A stretch of 64,000 nucleotides of DNA from Comamonas sp. SCN 65-56 (GCF_001724135.1 NZ_MEDS01000003.1:35140-99139), one strand, 5' to 3'; positions 32,443 through 43,060 are shown, counted from the stretch's first letter. The notes: generated by a model from the letters alone, not told the origin. Numbers and translations: made by a program.

Positions 32443-32486
32443 GAGCTCTCAACGCTTTTTCAGCATGCGTCAAGGCTCTATTTTGT
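32443..32486 (+). repeat. dispersed intergenic repeat, family 1 (copy e, diverged)
   Basis: gagctctcaacgctttttcagcatgcgtcaaggctctattttgt occupies the hisF-hisI spacer. Confidence 0.6.
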
Positions 32487-33266
32487 TCAAATTCTCACCT
32501 CTATGCCCCGGGCACGCAGGTGCTCCTTGGCCTGGCGCACCGTGAATTCACCGTAGTGAAAGATGCTGGCCGCCAGCACCGCATCGGCCCCGCCCACGCT
32601 CACGCCGTCGGCCAGGTGATCGAGACTGCCTACACCGCCGGATGCGATCACCGGCACATCGACTGCGTCGCTCACCGCGCGCGTGAGCTGCAGATCAAAG
32701 CCCGATTTGGTGCCATCGCGGTCCATGCTGGTGAGCAGAATCTCGCCTGCGCCGCGCCGCGTCATCTCCACCGCCCACTGCACGGCATCGAGGCCGGTGT
32801 TCTTGCGCCCGCCGTGGCTGTAGACATCCCAGCCCGCGCCACGCGCAGCCACCTCATCGCCCCGGCGCTGCTTGGCATCGATGGCGACGACGATGCACTG
32901 CGAGCCGTATTTTGCCGACGCTGCGCTGATCACATCCGGATCGGCAATCGCGGCGGAATTGAAGCTGGTCTTGTCGGCCCCGGCATTGAGCAGCCGGCGC
33001 ACATCGGCCACCGTGCGCACGCCGCCGCCCACGGTCAGCGGGATGAAGACCTGGCTGGCGACGGCCTCGATGATGGGCAGGATCAGGTCGCGCCCGTCGC
33101 TGGTGGCGGTGATATCCAGGAAGGTGAGCTCGTCGGCGCCCTGCTCGTTGTAGCGCGCGGCGATCTCCACCGGATCCCCGGCATCGCGCAGTTCAACGAA
33201 ATTGACGCCCTTGACCACGCGACCACCGGTCACGTCCAGGCAGGGAATGATGCGTTTGGCAAGCAT
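32487..33266 (-). CDS. hisF: imidazole glycerol phosphate synthase cyclase subunit
   Basis: Start at [20 protein letters not shown]; listed ORF extends to 33398. Confidence 0.95.
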   Translation of the reverse strand: MLAKRIIPCLDVTGGRVVKGVNFVELRDAGDPVEIAARYNEQGADELTFLDITATSDGRDLILPIIEAVASQVFIPLTVGGGVRTVADVRRLLNAGADKTSFNSAAIADPDVISAASAKYGSQCIVVAIDAKQRRGDEVAARGAGWDVYSHGGRKNTGLDAVQWAVEMTRRGAGEILLTSMDRDGTKSGFDLQLTRAVSDAVDVPVIASGGVGSLDHLADGVSVGGADAVLAASIFHYGEFTVRQAKEHLRARGIEVRI

Positions 33267-33401
33267 GAGAATTGGCACACAAAGGGGTGCGCAAGATACC
33301 ACGCATGGCGTTTCCTGCGCGCAAACCGCCCTGCCACTGGGTATATTCCCTGCCGGCGCGCCCTGCGTGCCCAAGAGCGTGCAACAACCCACTGACATTC
33401 G

Positions 33402-34751
33402 ATGGCTTCACCTGACGCAAGCGACAGCCCCCTCGCTCCAGCGATTTCTGTCCCCTGGCTGCCTTCGCATTACCAGCGCACCGTGCTGGCGCTCTGCGAT
33501 CGCTGCGTCGTGACCACGCGCGAAGCGGTCTACACCACCAGGGACGCCAAGCTGGTGGGCGCCGGCACCCGAATGACTACGGCCTTGTTCGAGCGCCTGA
33601 TGCAGCACGAGCTGCGCGCGCCGCTGGAAAACCTGCTGACGCTGGAGGGCATGGTGAGCCAGGCCTCGCTCGCGACGCAGGCCCACCAGATGTGCTTGCA
33701 GGACGCCGCCATCGAGCTGTTGGTGCAGGACGAGGCCAGTGGCATCAGCGCCGCAGCGCTGGCCGCACCGCTCAACGCCATCAGCCTGCCTGCCGCGCTG
33801 GCCTTCATGCTGACCGTGATGCGCGAGCTGGCCCCGGAACAGCTCGCGCATGGCCTGCGGGTCGCGCTCGTCGCCACCTACCAGGGCATGCGCCGCGGCT
33901 GGAACAAAAGCGAATGCACCCGGCTGGCGACCGCCGGCCTCCTGCACGACATCGGCATCCTGCACCTGGACCCGGCCTGGCGCGACGCCGCCCGCCCGAT
34001 GCCGGCCGGCGAACGCCAGCAACTGGCCACCCACCCCAGCCTTGCCGCACGGCTGGTGCACGGCTGGGAGGTCTATCCCCAATCGGTGGCGGTTGCCATC
34101 CTCGAGCACCACGAGCGCATGGATGGCAGCGGCTACCCGCGCGGCATCCGCGGCGAACAGATTTCCGAAATGGGCCAGATGCTGCTGCTGGCCGAGGTGG
34201 TATCTGCCTTTTTCGAGAAATACGCCAACGATGGCGCATCGGTGCGCCTGTCGCTGGCGCTGCGCATGGACCGCCAGAAATTTCCCGTCTCCCTCGCCGC
34301 GCTGCTGCTGCCGCTGCTGCAATCGAGCGCCATTCAGCCGGGCACGGCGGGCGATCTGGCGGAAATTCGCGGCGCAAGCCACAGCCTGGCGCAGGCACTG
34401 CATCACTGGGGCGCGCTGCAGGCAGGTCTGCCCGCCGGCGGCTCGCCGGTGCCCGAGGACAGCCCCGCCAGCTGGATCGCGCAACGCCTGGCGACCCTGC
34501 AGACCAGCTTGTTCGATACCGGCGCCCACCCCGACCACCAGGCCGAGCTCCTGCCGCTGCTGCAGGCCGATCCTGCCGGCGTCAAGGAGCTGCTGTTTCT
34601 GCTGCGCGAGGCGCTGTGGCAACTGCAATCGATCGCCAACACCGCACTGACGCGCTGGCCCGCGCTGAACGCAGGCGACGAGCCACACGCCGGCGCGGCG
34701 CGCGCCTGGTGCGACGCGCTGCTGCACAGCCTGCCAGCCGGCGAGCCCTGA
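33402..34751 (+). CDS. HD-GYP domain protein (putative c-di-GMP phosphodiesterase) with long uncharacterised C-terminal region
   Basis: 449 aa; HDIGILHLD and [13 protein letters not shown] motifs; opposite strand to the flanking his genes. Confidence 0.8.
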   Translation: MASPDASDSPLAPAISVPWLPSHYQRTVLALCDRCVVTTREAVYTTRDAKLVGAGTRMTTALFERLMQHELRAPLENLLTLEGMVSQASLATQAHQMCLQDAAIELLVQDEASGISAAALAAPLNAISLPAALAFMLTVMRELAPEQLAHGLRVALVATYQGMRRGWNKSECTRLATAGLLHDIGILHLDPAWRDAARPMPAGERQQLATHPSLAARLVHGWEVYPQSVAVAILEHHERMDGSGYPRGIRGEQISEMGQMLLLAEVVSAFFEKYANDGASVRLSLALRMDRQKFPVSLAALLLPLLQSSAIQPGTAGDLAEIRGASHSLAQALHHWGALQAGLPAGGSPVPEDSPASWIAQRLATLQTSLFDTGAHPDHQAELLPLLQADPAGVKELLFLLREALWQLQSIANTALTRWPALNAGDEPHAGAARAWCDALLHSLPAGEP

Positions 34752-34768
34752 GGCAGGCGAAGGGCTGA

Positions 34769-35512
34769 CTACCGCGCCGCGAGTTCGTCGGCGCGCACCT
34801 GGCCCGCAGCAAAGTCGAGGTCGCCGGAATAGATCGCACGCCCGCAGATCACGCCTTCGATGCCCTCGCCTTCGACGGCGCACAGCTGCTCGATATCGCG
34901 CATGCCGGACAGCCCGCCCGAGGCGATCACCGGAATGCTGAGCGCCTGCGCCAGCTTGACAGTGGCCTCGATATTGATGCCGGTGAGCATGCCGTCGCGG
35001 CCGATGTCGGTATAGATGATCGACTCGACGCCCCAGTCCTCGAACTTGCGCGCCAGGTCCACCACCTCATGGCCGGTCAGCTTGCTCCAGCCGTCGGTCG
35101 CCACCTTGCCGTCCTTGGCGTCCAGCCCGACGATGACATGGCCACCAAAGGCGCTGCAGGCGTCCTGCAGAAAGCCCGGGTTCTTCACCGCGGCGGTGCC
35201 GATGATCACGTACTCCAGCCCCGCGTCGAGATAGAGCTCGATGGTGTCCAGGTCGCGGATGCCACCACCCAGCTGCACCGGAATCTCGCTGCCGACCGCC
35301 TTGAGAATCGCCTTGATCGCTGCGCGATTTTTGGGCTGGCCGGCAAAGGCACCGTTCAGGTCCACCAGGTGCAGCCGCCTGGCACCGGCATCGAGCCACT
35401 TGCGCGCCATCTCGGCCGGGTCGTCGCCGAAAGTGGTGGCCTGGTTCATGTCGCCTTGCTTGAGGCGCACGCAGTGTCCGTCTTTGAGATCGATGGCAGG
35501 GATGAGCAACAT
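34769..35512 (-). CDS. hisA: ProFAR isomerase
   Basis: Start at [21 protein letters not shown] (ATG 35512); listed ORF extends to 35944. Confidence 0.95.
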   Translation of the reverse strand: MLLIPAIDLKDGHCVRLKQGDMNQATTFGDDPAEMARKWLDAGARRLHLVDLNGAFAGQPKNRAAIKAILKAVGSEIPVQLGGGIRDLDTIELYLDAGLEYVIIGTAAVKNPGFLQDACSAFGGHVIVGLDAKDGKVATDGWSKLTGHEVVDLARKFEDWGVESIIYTDIGRDGMLTGINIEATVKLAQALSIPVIASGGLSGMRDIEQLCAVEGEGIEGVICGRAIYSGDLDFAAGQVRADELAAR

Positions 35513-35522
35513 GGGAGAGGTC

Positions 35523-35602
35523 AGCGTTGAGCGTTGAGCGCGGGAAGAGATTGAGCGTTCGGCGTTGAGCGCGAAAGAGGCGCGGCATTCACGCTCAACG
35601 CC
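35523..35602. repeat. TTGAGCG heptamer cluster with 11-bp hairpin in the hisH-hisA spacer
   Basis: Four direct GCGTTGAGCG/TTGAGCG copies (35524-35540, 35551-35557, 35562-35571) and one inverted copy (35592-35601); stem ggcgttgagcg(35561-35571)/cgctcaacgcc(35592-35602). Confidence 0.8.
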
Positions 35603-35609
35603 AAACCTC

Positions 35610-36278
35610 CTAAGGTTTCCAGTGCAGGAAGTTGCGATAGAGCTGCAGCCCTTGGGCCGCACTTTTTTCAGGGTGAAACTGGGTGGCAAAAAGGTTATCA
35701 CGTGCAATCGCCGCTGCAAAGGGCTGGCCATAGCCGGTCTCGCCCGCGCAGTGCAGCGCATCCGCCGGGCACGCGTAGTAGCTGTGCACGAAGTAGAACC
35801 AGCTCTCATCAGGCACGCCCTGCCAGAGCGGGTGCAGCCTGCCTGCATGCGGCAGCTGGCGCACGCGGTTCCAGCCCATGTGCGGCACCTTGTAGCGGCT
35901 GCCGTCGTCCTGCCGGCGCCCGGCCAGGTCAAAGCGCAGCACATCGCCGGGGATCAGGCCCAAGCCATCGACATCGCCTTCGGCGCTGTGCGACAGCAGC
36001 ATCTGCATGCCTATGCAGACACCAAACAGCGGCTTGTGCCGCGTCGCCGCCAGCACCGCGGCGCGCACGCCGGAGGCCTCAAGCTCGCGCATGCAATCGG
36101 GCATGGCGCCCTGGCCCGGCAGCACCACGCGATCGGCGGCGCGCACGGCTTGGGCGTCGCCCGTGACGATCACGTGCCAGCCCTCGCCCTCGGCCGCAGC
36201 CCGCACGGCCTGTGACACCGAGCGCAGATTGCCCATGCCATAGTCCACCACGGCCACGGTTTTTACTTTGTTTTGCAT
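35610..36278 (-). CDS. hisH: imidazole glycerol phosphate synthase glutaminase subunit
   Basis: 222 aa; [14 protein letters not shown], catalytic GVCIGMQ, QFHPEKS. Confidence 0.95.
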   Translation of the reverse strand: MQNKVKTVAVVDYGMGNLRSVSQAVRAAAEGEGWHVIVTGDAQAVRAADRVVLPGQGAMPDCMRELEASGVRAAVLAATRHKPLFGVCIGMQMLLSHSAEGDVDGLGLIPGDVLRFDLAGRRQDDGSRYKVPHMGWNRVRQLPHAGRLHPLWQGVPDESWFYFVHSYYACPADALHCAGETGYGQPFAAAIARDNLFATQFHPEKSAAQGLQLYRNFLHWKP

Positions 36279-36328
36279 AGCTGTCAGCGCTTATCCAGCA
36301 AGCGTTACAGGCCAATTTGATTCAAATT
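36276..36328 (-). repeat. dispersed intergenic repeat, family 1 (copy f, inverted orientation)
   Basis: catagctgtcagcgcttatccagcaagcgttacaggccaatttgattcaaatt; spans hisB stop to hisH start and includes the hisH ATG. Confidence 0.8.
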
Positions 36329-36950
36329 ACAACGCACCCTTGGTCGACGGAATCACTCCGGCGGCACGCGGATCGGGCTCTGCCGCGGCGCGCAAGGCGC
36401 GTGCGAAGGCCTTGAAAATCGTCTCGCACTGGTGGTGGGCATTCACGCCCTTGAGGTTGTCGATGTGCAGCGTGACGCCTGCGTGGTTCACGAAGCCCTG
36501 GAAAAACTCATGCACCAACTGGGTATCGAAGCCGCCAATCATCGCGGCCGTGAAGCCCACGTTCAGGTGCAACCCGGGCCGGCCGGAAAAATCCATCACC
36601 ACGCGCGAGAGCGCTTCGTCCAGCGGCACATAGGCATGGCCGTAGCGCCGGATGCCTTTCTTGTCGCCGATGGCGCGCGCCACCGCCTGGCCCAGCGTGA
36701 TGCCCACGTCTTCGACGCTGTGGTGGCCGTCGATGTGCAAATCACCATCGCACTGCACTTCCAGGTCGATGAGGCCGTGGCGCGCGATCTGGTCGAGCAT
36801 GTGGTCAAAGAAGCCGATGCCGCTGTTGAGCCGCGTCTGACCGGTTCCGTCCAGGTTGATGGCGACGCGGATGCGCGTTTCGGCGGTCTGGCGGCTAACC
36901 TCGGCAATGCGGTCGGTTCGGCTGGAGGCAACGAGAGCAGAAGAAGTCAT
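36327..36950 (-). CDS. hisB: imidazoleglycerol-phosphate dehydratase
   Basis: 207 aa; [22 protein letters not shown] motifs; ATGA overlap with hisC stop. Confidence 0.95.
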   Translation of the reverse strand: MTSSALVASSRTDRIAEVSRQTAETRIRVAINLDGTGQTRLNSGIGFFDHMLDQIARHGLIDLEVQCDGDLHIDGHHSVEDVGITLGQAVARAIGDKKGIRRYGHAYVPLDEALSRVVMDFSGRPGLHLNVGFTAAMIGGFDTQLVHEFFQGFVNHAGVTLHIDNLKGVNAHHQCETIFKAFARALRAAAEPDPRAAGVIPSTKGAL

Positions 36951-38050
36951 AGCGAGGCGCGCAGCGCTTGCAAGAGGGCGGTATTTTCGTCAGCGCTGCC
37001 CACGGTCAGCCGCAGGCAGTTGGCGAGCAATGGGTGCATTGTAGAAACGTTCTTCACCAGCACCTTGCGCTCGCGCAAACCGGCGAAGGCGCGCGCCGCA
37101 TCGGGTACGCGCACCAGGACCATGTTGGCCTCGCTCGGGAAGGGTCGCACCCCGGGCATTTGCCCCAGTTGTTCCAGAATGCGAGCACGCTGCGCCCGTA
37201 TTTCCTGCGCCTGAGCGGCAAAAACATCTTCATGCTCCAAGGCAAACAGCGCGCATTCGCTGTTGAGCACACCCACGTTGTAGGGCGGACGCACCTTGTC
37301 GAGCTCGGCGATCAAACCAGCCTCACCCAGCAGATAGCCAATCCGCACACCCGCCAGACCGAACTTGCTGAGCGTGCGCAGGATGAGCACATGGCGGTGC
37401 ATCTCGGGCGCCGAGCGCACGTTTTCCATCCAGCTGCGCGCGGCAAACGGCTGGTAGGCCTCGTCCATCACCACCAGGCCGCCGGCCGCGCCCTGCGCGG
37501 CGATGATGCGGGCGATGGCGCCCTCGTCCCACAGCGTGCCGGTGGGGTTGTTGGGATAGGCCAGGTAAACGATGGCCGGGCGGTGCCGCGCGATGGCCGC
37601 CAGCATGGCCGCTTCATCCAGCTCGAAATCGGCCGTGAGCGGCACGCCGTGAAAGGCCAGGCCCTGCAGCTGCGCGCTCATGGCGTACATCACGAAGCCG
37701 GGCAGCGGCGCGAGGATGGAGGCGCCCGGCACGTCGCAGGCCAGCGCCAGCAGGCTGATCAGCTCGTCCGAGCCGTTGCCCAGCATCAGCGACCAGCCCG
37801 CCGGCGGCTGCGCCTGGCCCTGCAAGGCCGTCCTGAGCTGTTCGGCACCCTCACCCGGATAGCGGTTGACCGCCACCTGCCCCAGCCGCTTTCCCAACTC
37901 GGCCTGCAAGGCGGCCGGGAGGCGATAGGGGTTTTCCATCGCGTCCAGCTTGACCATGCCGCGCGAATCCTGCACCGCATAGGCATGCATGCCTTGCACG
38001 TCATGGCGCAGCCGGGCCAGGGGATGGACAGAAACCTCTTCAGTGGTCAT
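36947..38050 (-). CDS. hisC: histidinol-phosphate aminotransferase
   Basis: 367 aa; class-II aminotransferase, PLP-lysine context [16 protein letters not shown]. Confidence 0.93.
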   Translation of the reverse strand: MTTEEVSVHPLARLRHDVQGMHAYAVQDSRGMVKLDAMENPYRLPAALQAELGKRLGQVAVNRYPGEGAEQLRTALQGQAQPPAGWSLMLGNGSDELISLLALACDVPGASILAPLPGFVMYAMSAQLQGLAFHGVPLTADFELDEAAMLAAIARHRPAIVYLAYPNNPTGTLWDEGAIARIIAAQGAAGGLVVMDEAYQPFAARSWMENVRSAPEMHRHVLILRTLSKFGLAGVRIGYLLGEAGLIAELDKVRPPYNVGVLNSECALFALEHEDVFAAQAQEIRAQRARILEQLGQMPGVRPFPSEANMVLVRVPDAARAFAGLRERKVLVKNVSTMHPLLANCLRLTVGSADENTALLQALRASL

Positions 38051-38265
38051 GGGATAAAGGCATTCGTTGGATTGAAAAAAAGGAAGGGGGCACCTGCACC
38101 GCCTCGCAACACGGCAGGCGCGGCAGGTACGTCCGGATAACGGGCCGTCAGGCGGACCGTGCGCCTGTCACGCCTGAAAGCAGGGCACGCATTGCACGGC
38201 AACGGCGCTCATCGAGCGCCTGCGGGCAAATTTACCCGAATTCAGCGGCGCCAGAGACAAACGCT

Positions 38266-38580
38266 TCAAGCACTCGTTCCGCCAAAGCGTGGCGCCAGCG
38301 CATTGACGATGAGCGACAGCACATAGATGCCCGCCAGGCTCAGCACATACGAAACCACCATGTTGGCCAGCCCCACCAGGAAGGGCATGCGCACCGTGGC
38401 GCCGAGGCCGCCCATGCCGATCAGCGTCATGCCGATGAAGCCGCAGAGGGCGGGAATGGCGGCGAGCCACGCCAGGTAGCCGGGATACAGCCCGGCCGCG
38501 GTGGCAGGCTCGGCCGCGATGGCCGCCCAGGTGGGCTGGGGACTGAGCAACAGACTCTTGACGCGATCGACGATGGCCAT
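38266..38580 (-). pseudogene. Yip1-domain membrane protein, apparently 3'-truncated
   Basis: MAIVDRVKSLLLSPQPTWAAIAAEP..IVNALAPRFGGTSA stops after about 104 aa, where family members I recall continue for about 80 more residues; no continuation seen in other frames. Confidence 0.4.
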
Positions 38581-38776
38581 GGCAACGCTCCTTGACGGGC
38601 ATGGTGCCCGAACCCGGGCCCGCAAAAACCCATGCCGTCAATGTAACTATTTCCCGGCGGGTGCGAAAGCCTCGGTGCCGCCCGCAGCCACGGCCATTGG
38701 CGTGCATCCCGAAACGCACCACACGCTCATGTGCCGCTTCGCCCTGCGCGATCGGCCAGTACGCTGGCGCGCGACG

Positions 38777-39718
38777 TCAAGGATCTGGTTGTCCGCTGCG
38801 CCCATCGAGTGGGACGACGGACGCAGCCCGCCAAGCGGAAGGCGTCAACCCTGTCAACTGCCGAAAACGGCTGGAGAAATGGGCCGGGGAAGAGAAGCCG
38901 AGATCCAGCGCCAGTTCAGTGATCGACAGCCTGCTTTCGCGCAGCAGCGCCTTGGCGCGCTCGATGCGCATCTCGCTGAGCACCTGGTATGGCGGGCGAC
39001 CCGTGCTGGCCTTGAAAGAGCGGCTGAAGTGGTCGGGTGACAAGGCGACCGAGCGCGCCAGTTGGGCCACCGACGGGGCGTGCCCCGCGCCATCGATCGC
39101 CTCCATGGTCTTGCGCAGACGCCAGGCAGGCAGGGCTGGCACTTCCTTGCGTCCGGCGTCATCGGCAGCGGGGCTGGCTTCGAGCAGCAGTGCGAGGATC
39201 GCCCCCAGGTAGTTGGGCGCATAGCTGCCGCCTTCGCCCGCACCGCTTCCGGAGTCCCACAGGCGCCTGGCGATCTGCCCGACCAGCGGCTCATTCAGCT
39301 GCCGCCGGGCGAGTTGCTTGATGCGGCTTTCAATCAGATCCGCGTCAGCGCCGAGCAATCGTGCCAGCGGATGCAGTGCAACGCCCAGGTGCAGAACCAA
39401 CGGGTTGCCCTCAAAGCGCCAATAGGAGCCGCAGCTCGGCGGCGTCAGCAGCACCTGGCCAGGCATTGCGTTGAAGCGTTGAGATCCGCAGCCAATGTCG
39501 CGCAGTACCGGCGCATGCCGAGCGCGCAGCACGATGCTGATGATCAGTTCCTGAACGGGCCTGTATTCGATGCCGTCCGCCGGCGCGTGCTCGACCAGCG
39601 CCATGGTGAGAGGGGTGGACTCAAGCGCTCGCACGTCGGCCCGGCGAATGGGCAAGGTCCGGTCATTCAGATAAGCAGTGAAGCCCGGCTGACCCGCGGG
39701 GCGGGTGACTGCATCCAT
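38777..39718 (-). CDS. AraC family transcriptional regulator
   Basis: C-terminal HTH_AraC (VAQLARSVALSPDHFSRSFK..ITELALDLGFSSPAHFSSRFR); start at MDAVTRP (39718) or 39754. Confidence 0.85.
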   Translation of the reverse strand: MDAVTRPAGQPGFTAYLNDRTLPIRRADVRALESTPLTMALVEHAPADGIEYRPVQELIISIVLRARHAPVLRDIGCGSQRFNAMPGQVLLTPPSCGSYWRFEGNPLVLHLGVALHPLARLLGADADLIESRIKQLARRQLNEPLVGQIARRLWDSGSGAGEGGSYAPNYLGAILALLLEASPAADDAGRKEVPALPAWRLRKTMEAIDGAGHAPSVAQLARSVALSPDHFSRSFKASTGRPPYQVLSEMRIERAKALLRESRLSITELALDLGFSSPAHFSSRFRQLTGLTPSAWRAASVVPLDGRSGQPDP

Positions 39719-39799
39719 CGTCGTCCATCCTCCCCAGTCAGCGGCATGCAGCAAAAAAAATGCGCTGCCGATTCAGGCCGATCGTGAGCCGGCCCCGAT

Positions 39800-40939
39800 T
39801 CAGAACTGGTACGAAAGCACAGCGGAAATGATTTGCGCCTTGCGCCTGCTGTCCACGCCGTGGCGCAGATTGTATTCAAGGTCAAAGCGATAGGGGCCGC
39901 CCACCACCGCCAGGCCCAACGACGCCAGGACGTAGCGCCGATCCCTCAAGCGCAGGTCCACATCGTTGGCGTATTCCGCTTCAAGCCCAAGCGAAAGACT
40001 CGGCAGAAATTGCCACTGCGGGCCAGCTGCCTGCTGTTTTTCAACCCGGGCGCGCACCCAGGCCGCGCCGTAGTCCTCGTGCTTGCCGTGCAGCACCGAG
40101 GCGCTGGCCGTATTGAAAAAGCTGCGCTGGTAGTTCGCACCGACGATGGGGCGCAGCAACCAGCCCGGCGGCAGCAGACCAATATCTTGCGTGCTGAACG
40201 TCCCGATCCATTCCACCTGCGCATAAAACCGGTTTTCATCGTAGTCCTGCCGTTGCCGCATGAACAGGTTGGACACCGTGTAGCTGGCCTTGCCCCGTTG
40301 ATAGTCCAGGCGCGCGGCCAGGCCCCAATGCGGGGTGTAAACCTCGGCGTAGCGCAGTTGCAGGCCCCAGGCGTTGCGCCGCGATCGGCCCAGGGTGTTG
40401 ACCGGGTCCTGGGGGTAGCGCAGATCGTAGCCGTCGTGCTCAAAGCTCAGCCCGATGCCGAGCAGTCGGCTGGGAATCGGCGCATGGAAATACTGCAACT
40501 CGACCTTGGGGCTGTTGCCCACGGGTTCAACCGGCAGGTTGTTGCTGCCGACAACCCGGGTGGGCTCCACATTGATGCGCAAGAAATGGGCGCCGGTGGC
40601 TGCTGGCAGTTCCTTCATCATGGAAATCGGCAGCACGAAGACACGGGCGCGATCCCGGAACGCGGGCCAGGCGGGCGGCGGCACGCCTTGGCCGATCAAC
40701 GCGTCGTTGACGTAGCCGGCGGTGGCCCTGGAAGCGCCGATCTTGGTCTGCGTGTTGCCATAGATTTCATTGGAAAACAGGGAATTCATCAACCCGGCCT
40801 GTCCCAGCGTCATCATGCTGACCATGCCGGGCGTGGGGCTGAAACCGCCGGCCGGCTGCTCGGTCCCGGCCGCCGCGGCACCTGCCAGCAGGCCCGCGAA
40901 GGCGAGCGCACACGGTATTCTCATCATCCTTGTTTTCAT
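39800..40939 (-). CDS. outer-membrane beta-barrel protein (autotransporter beta-domain-like), unknown function
   Basis: Start at MKTRMMRIPCALAFAGLLAGAAAA (signal peptide); alternating beta-strand pattern; C-terminal aromatic signature ..AVLSYQF. Confidence 0.6.
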   Translation of the reverse strand: MKTRMMRIPCALAFAGLLAGAAAAGTEQPAGGFSPTPGMVSMMTLGQAGLMNSLFSNEIYGNTQTKIGASRATAGYVNDALIGQGVPPPAWPAFRDRARVFVLPISMMKELPAATGAHFLRINVEPTRVVGSNNLPVEPVGNSPKVELQYFHAPIPSRLLGIGLSFEHDGYDLRYPQDPVNTLGRSRRNAWGLQLRYAEVYTPHWGLAARLDYQRGKASYTVSNLFMRQRQDYDENRFYAQVEWIGTFSTQDIGLLPPGWLLRPIVGANYQRSFFNTASASVLHGKHEDYGAAWVRARVEKQQAAGPQWQFLPSLSLGLEAEYANDVDLRLRDRRYVLASLGLAVVGGPYRFDLEYNLRHGVDSRRKAQIISAVLSYQF

Positions 40940-41095
40940 CGCGATCTCCCGTCTCCGTTGTTCTGTACGCCGCGATGGCAGCGCCGCACGCGCCAACACA
41001 TGCGCGCTGCCCAGACCACGCCTGCGCGCTGGCTGGCGATAGAGCTTGCCGATCGGGCTTGCGGCATCGGCCGCGGGGCGTCATCCCGCGCCGCA

Positions 41096-41518
41096 TCAAT
41101 GGGCGGGCTCGCCCGGTGCGGCGCCCGACAGGCGCTGCAGCATGGGGATATCCATGTGGTACATCGGCTCGTCGTTGGGCCCGAGGAAGGCAGACGCGCC
41201 CTGGCACACCATCAGCAATTCCGTCTCTTGGTCAAACGGCAGGGCATCATGGATCGCCCCCTTGGGTTCGGAGACGTAGTCACCAGCCTGGAAAGGTCCG
41301 GTCTGCCGGTGCACGCCCGTACCCTTGAGGATGTAGATTTCGGCGCTCTCCAGGTGCTTGTGCCGCGGCAGGACACCCCCGGGCTCGGCACGAATCATGA
41401 CGCTGAAGGCGCCGGTTTCAGGGACCAGCTTGATCACCTTGACGAAAACCCGCGGCGCCAGCGGCAGCCAGGGCAATCCATCGCAGTGCACCGTCGCTCC
41501 GCCCTTGTATTCATTCAT
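41096..41518 (-). CDS. single-domain cupin protein (ChrR-like cupin)
   Basis: 140 aa; PRHKHLESAEIYILKGTGVH..GDYVSEPKGAIHD cupin motifs. Confidence 0.7.
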   Translation of the reverse strand: MNEYKGGATVHCDGLPWLPLAPRVFVKVIKLVPETGAFSVMIRAEPGGVLPRHKHLESAEIYILKGTGVHRQTGPFQAGDYVSEPKGAIHDALPFDQETELLMVCQGASAFLGPNDEPMYHMDIPMLQRLSGAAPGEPAH

Positions 41519-41699
41519 TTCCCGTCTCCTGGTCTGATCTGGTGTAGTGCCCGCTCGATAGCGAGCCTGATCAACAAGCCTGGGCAGCTATTGACCACGG
41601 CCAGTTTAGGAAACAGGACTCTGCGCCGCTTTCAGTTTTCCGACGCGGCTATCGGAAAAGCGTCCGTGCCTACGAACGCCCGCACCCACAACGGAGAGG

Positions 41700-43022
41700 C
41701 TATGAACTCTTCAGCCGCATCTCCGCCGCCCGCGCATGCGCCTGCAGGCCTTCGCCATGCGCCAGCACGCTGGCGATGCGGCCGAGCACCTGCGCGCCCT
41801 GTTCGCTCACCTCGATCAGGCTGGTGCGCTTCTGGAAGTCGTACACCCCGAGCGGACTGGAAAAGCGCGCCGTGCCGCTGGTGGGCAGCACGTGGTTGGG
41901 GCCGGCGCAGTAGTCGCCCAGCGATTCGGTGGTGTAAGCGCCCATGAAGATTGCACCGGCGTGGCGTAGCAGCGGCTCCCAGCGGTGCGGTTCGCGGCTG
42001 GAGATTTCCAGGTGCTCTGGGGCGATGCGGTTGGAGATTTCGCAGGCTTCCTGCATGCTGCGCGTGTGGATCAGCGCGCCGCGCCCCGAGAGCGAGGCGG
42101 CGATGATTTCCGCGCGTGGCATCTCTGGCAGCAGCCGGTGCATCGCCTGCGCCACCTGCGCTATGTAATCGGCATCGGGGCACAGCAGGATGGACTGCGC
42201 CAGTTCATCATGCTCGGCCTGGCTGAACAGATCCATCGCCACCCAGTCGGGCGGCGTCGTGCCATCGGCCAGCACCAGGATTTCACTCGGCCCGGCGATC
42301 ATGTCGATGCCGACCTGGCCGAACACCCGCTTCTTGGCGCTGGCGACGTAGGCATTGCCGGGGCCGGTGATCTTGTCCACCTTCGGAATAGTGGCCGTGC
42401 CGTAGGCGAGCGCCGCCACCGCCTGCGCGCCGCCGATGGTGAAGCCGCGCGTGACACCCGCAAGATAAGCCGCGGCCAGCACCAGCGGGTTCTTCTCGCC
42501 CCCCGGCGTGGGCACCATCATGACGATCTCGGGCACCCCCGCGACCTGCGCGGGAATGGCGTTCATCAGCACGCTGCTCGGGTAGGCCGCCTTGCCACCT
42601 GGCACGTAGATGCCAACGCGGTCCAGCGGCGTGACCTTCTGGCCGAGCAGCGTGCCATCTTCGTCGTGGTAGCTCCAGCTTTCGCCACAGGCTTTTTTCT
42701 GCGCCTCGTGGTAGCTGCGCACGCGCCGGGCGGCGGCGGCGAGGGCTTCGCGCTGGGCGGCGCTCAATCCGTCGTGCGCGGCCTTGAGTTCGGCCTGAGT
42801 CAGCTCCAGCGCGGCGACGCTGGCGGCCTGCAAGTGGTCAAAGCGCGCGGTGTACTCGAGCACGGCGGCATCGCCGCGCGTGGCAACGTCGGTCAGGATG
42901 TCAGCCACACGCTGCTCGATGGCGGCGTCTTGCTCGGCCGACCAGTGCAGGCGGGCGGCAAATTCTTGCTCGAATGTGGGTGCAACCGTTGACAGGCGGG
43001 CGGGAGCAGCTATTGTTGTCAT
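41700..43022 (-). CDS. hisD: histidinol dehydrogenase
   Basis: Start at [10 protein letters not shown] behind AGGAGG; canonical HisD blocks (GPGNAYV, QAEHDE, HLE); listed ORF extends to 43055. Confidence 0.95.
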   Translation of the reverse strand: MTTIAAPARLSTVAPTFEQEFAARLHWSAEQDAAIEQRVADILTDVATRGDAAVLEYTARFDHLQAASVAALELTQAELKAAHDGLSAAQREALAAAARRVRSYHEAQKKACGESWSYHDEDGTLLGQKVTPLDRVGIYVPGGKAAYPSSVLMNAIPAQVAGVPEIVMMVPTPGGEKNPLVLAAAYLAGVTRGFTIGGAQAVAALAYGTATIPKVDKITGPGNAYVASAKKRVFGQVGIDMIAGPSEILVLADGTTPPDWVAMDLFSQAEHDELAQSILLCPDADYIAQVAQAMHRLLPEMPRAEIIAASLSGRGALIHTRSMQEACEISNRIAPEHLEISSREPHRWEPLLRHAGAIFMGAYTTESLGDYCAGPNHVLPTSGTARFSSPLGVYDFQKRTSLIEVSEQGAQVLGRIASVLAHGEGLQAHARAAEMRLKSS

Positions 43023-43060
43023 AGAAATTGAATCCTCCTGATCCGTGGCATGCATCCTCT

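Noticed and set aside
39833-41947. 704-aa ORF on the plus strand across the his-operon island
   Set aside because: It runs antisense through the barrel gene, the cupin gene and the hisD 3' end, with no motifs. The minus-strand genes have signal peptide, cupin and HisD signatures.
43000-43022. gcagctattgttg at the hisD start, and gggcagctattgacc at 41582-41596, as additional family-1 repeat copies
   Set aside because: Only about 13 nt match the right arm and there is no hairpin core or left arm. They are too short to count as copies and are noted only as possible remnants.
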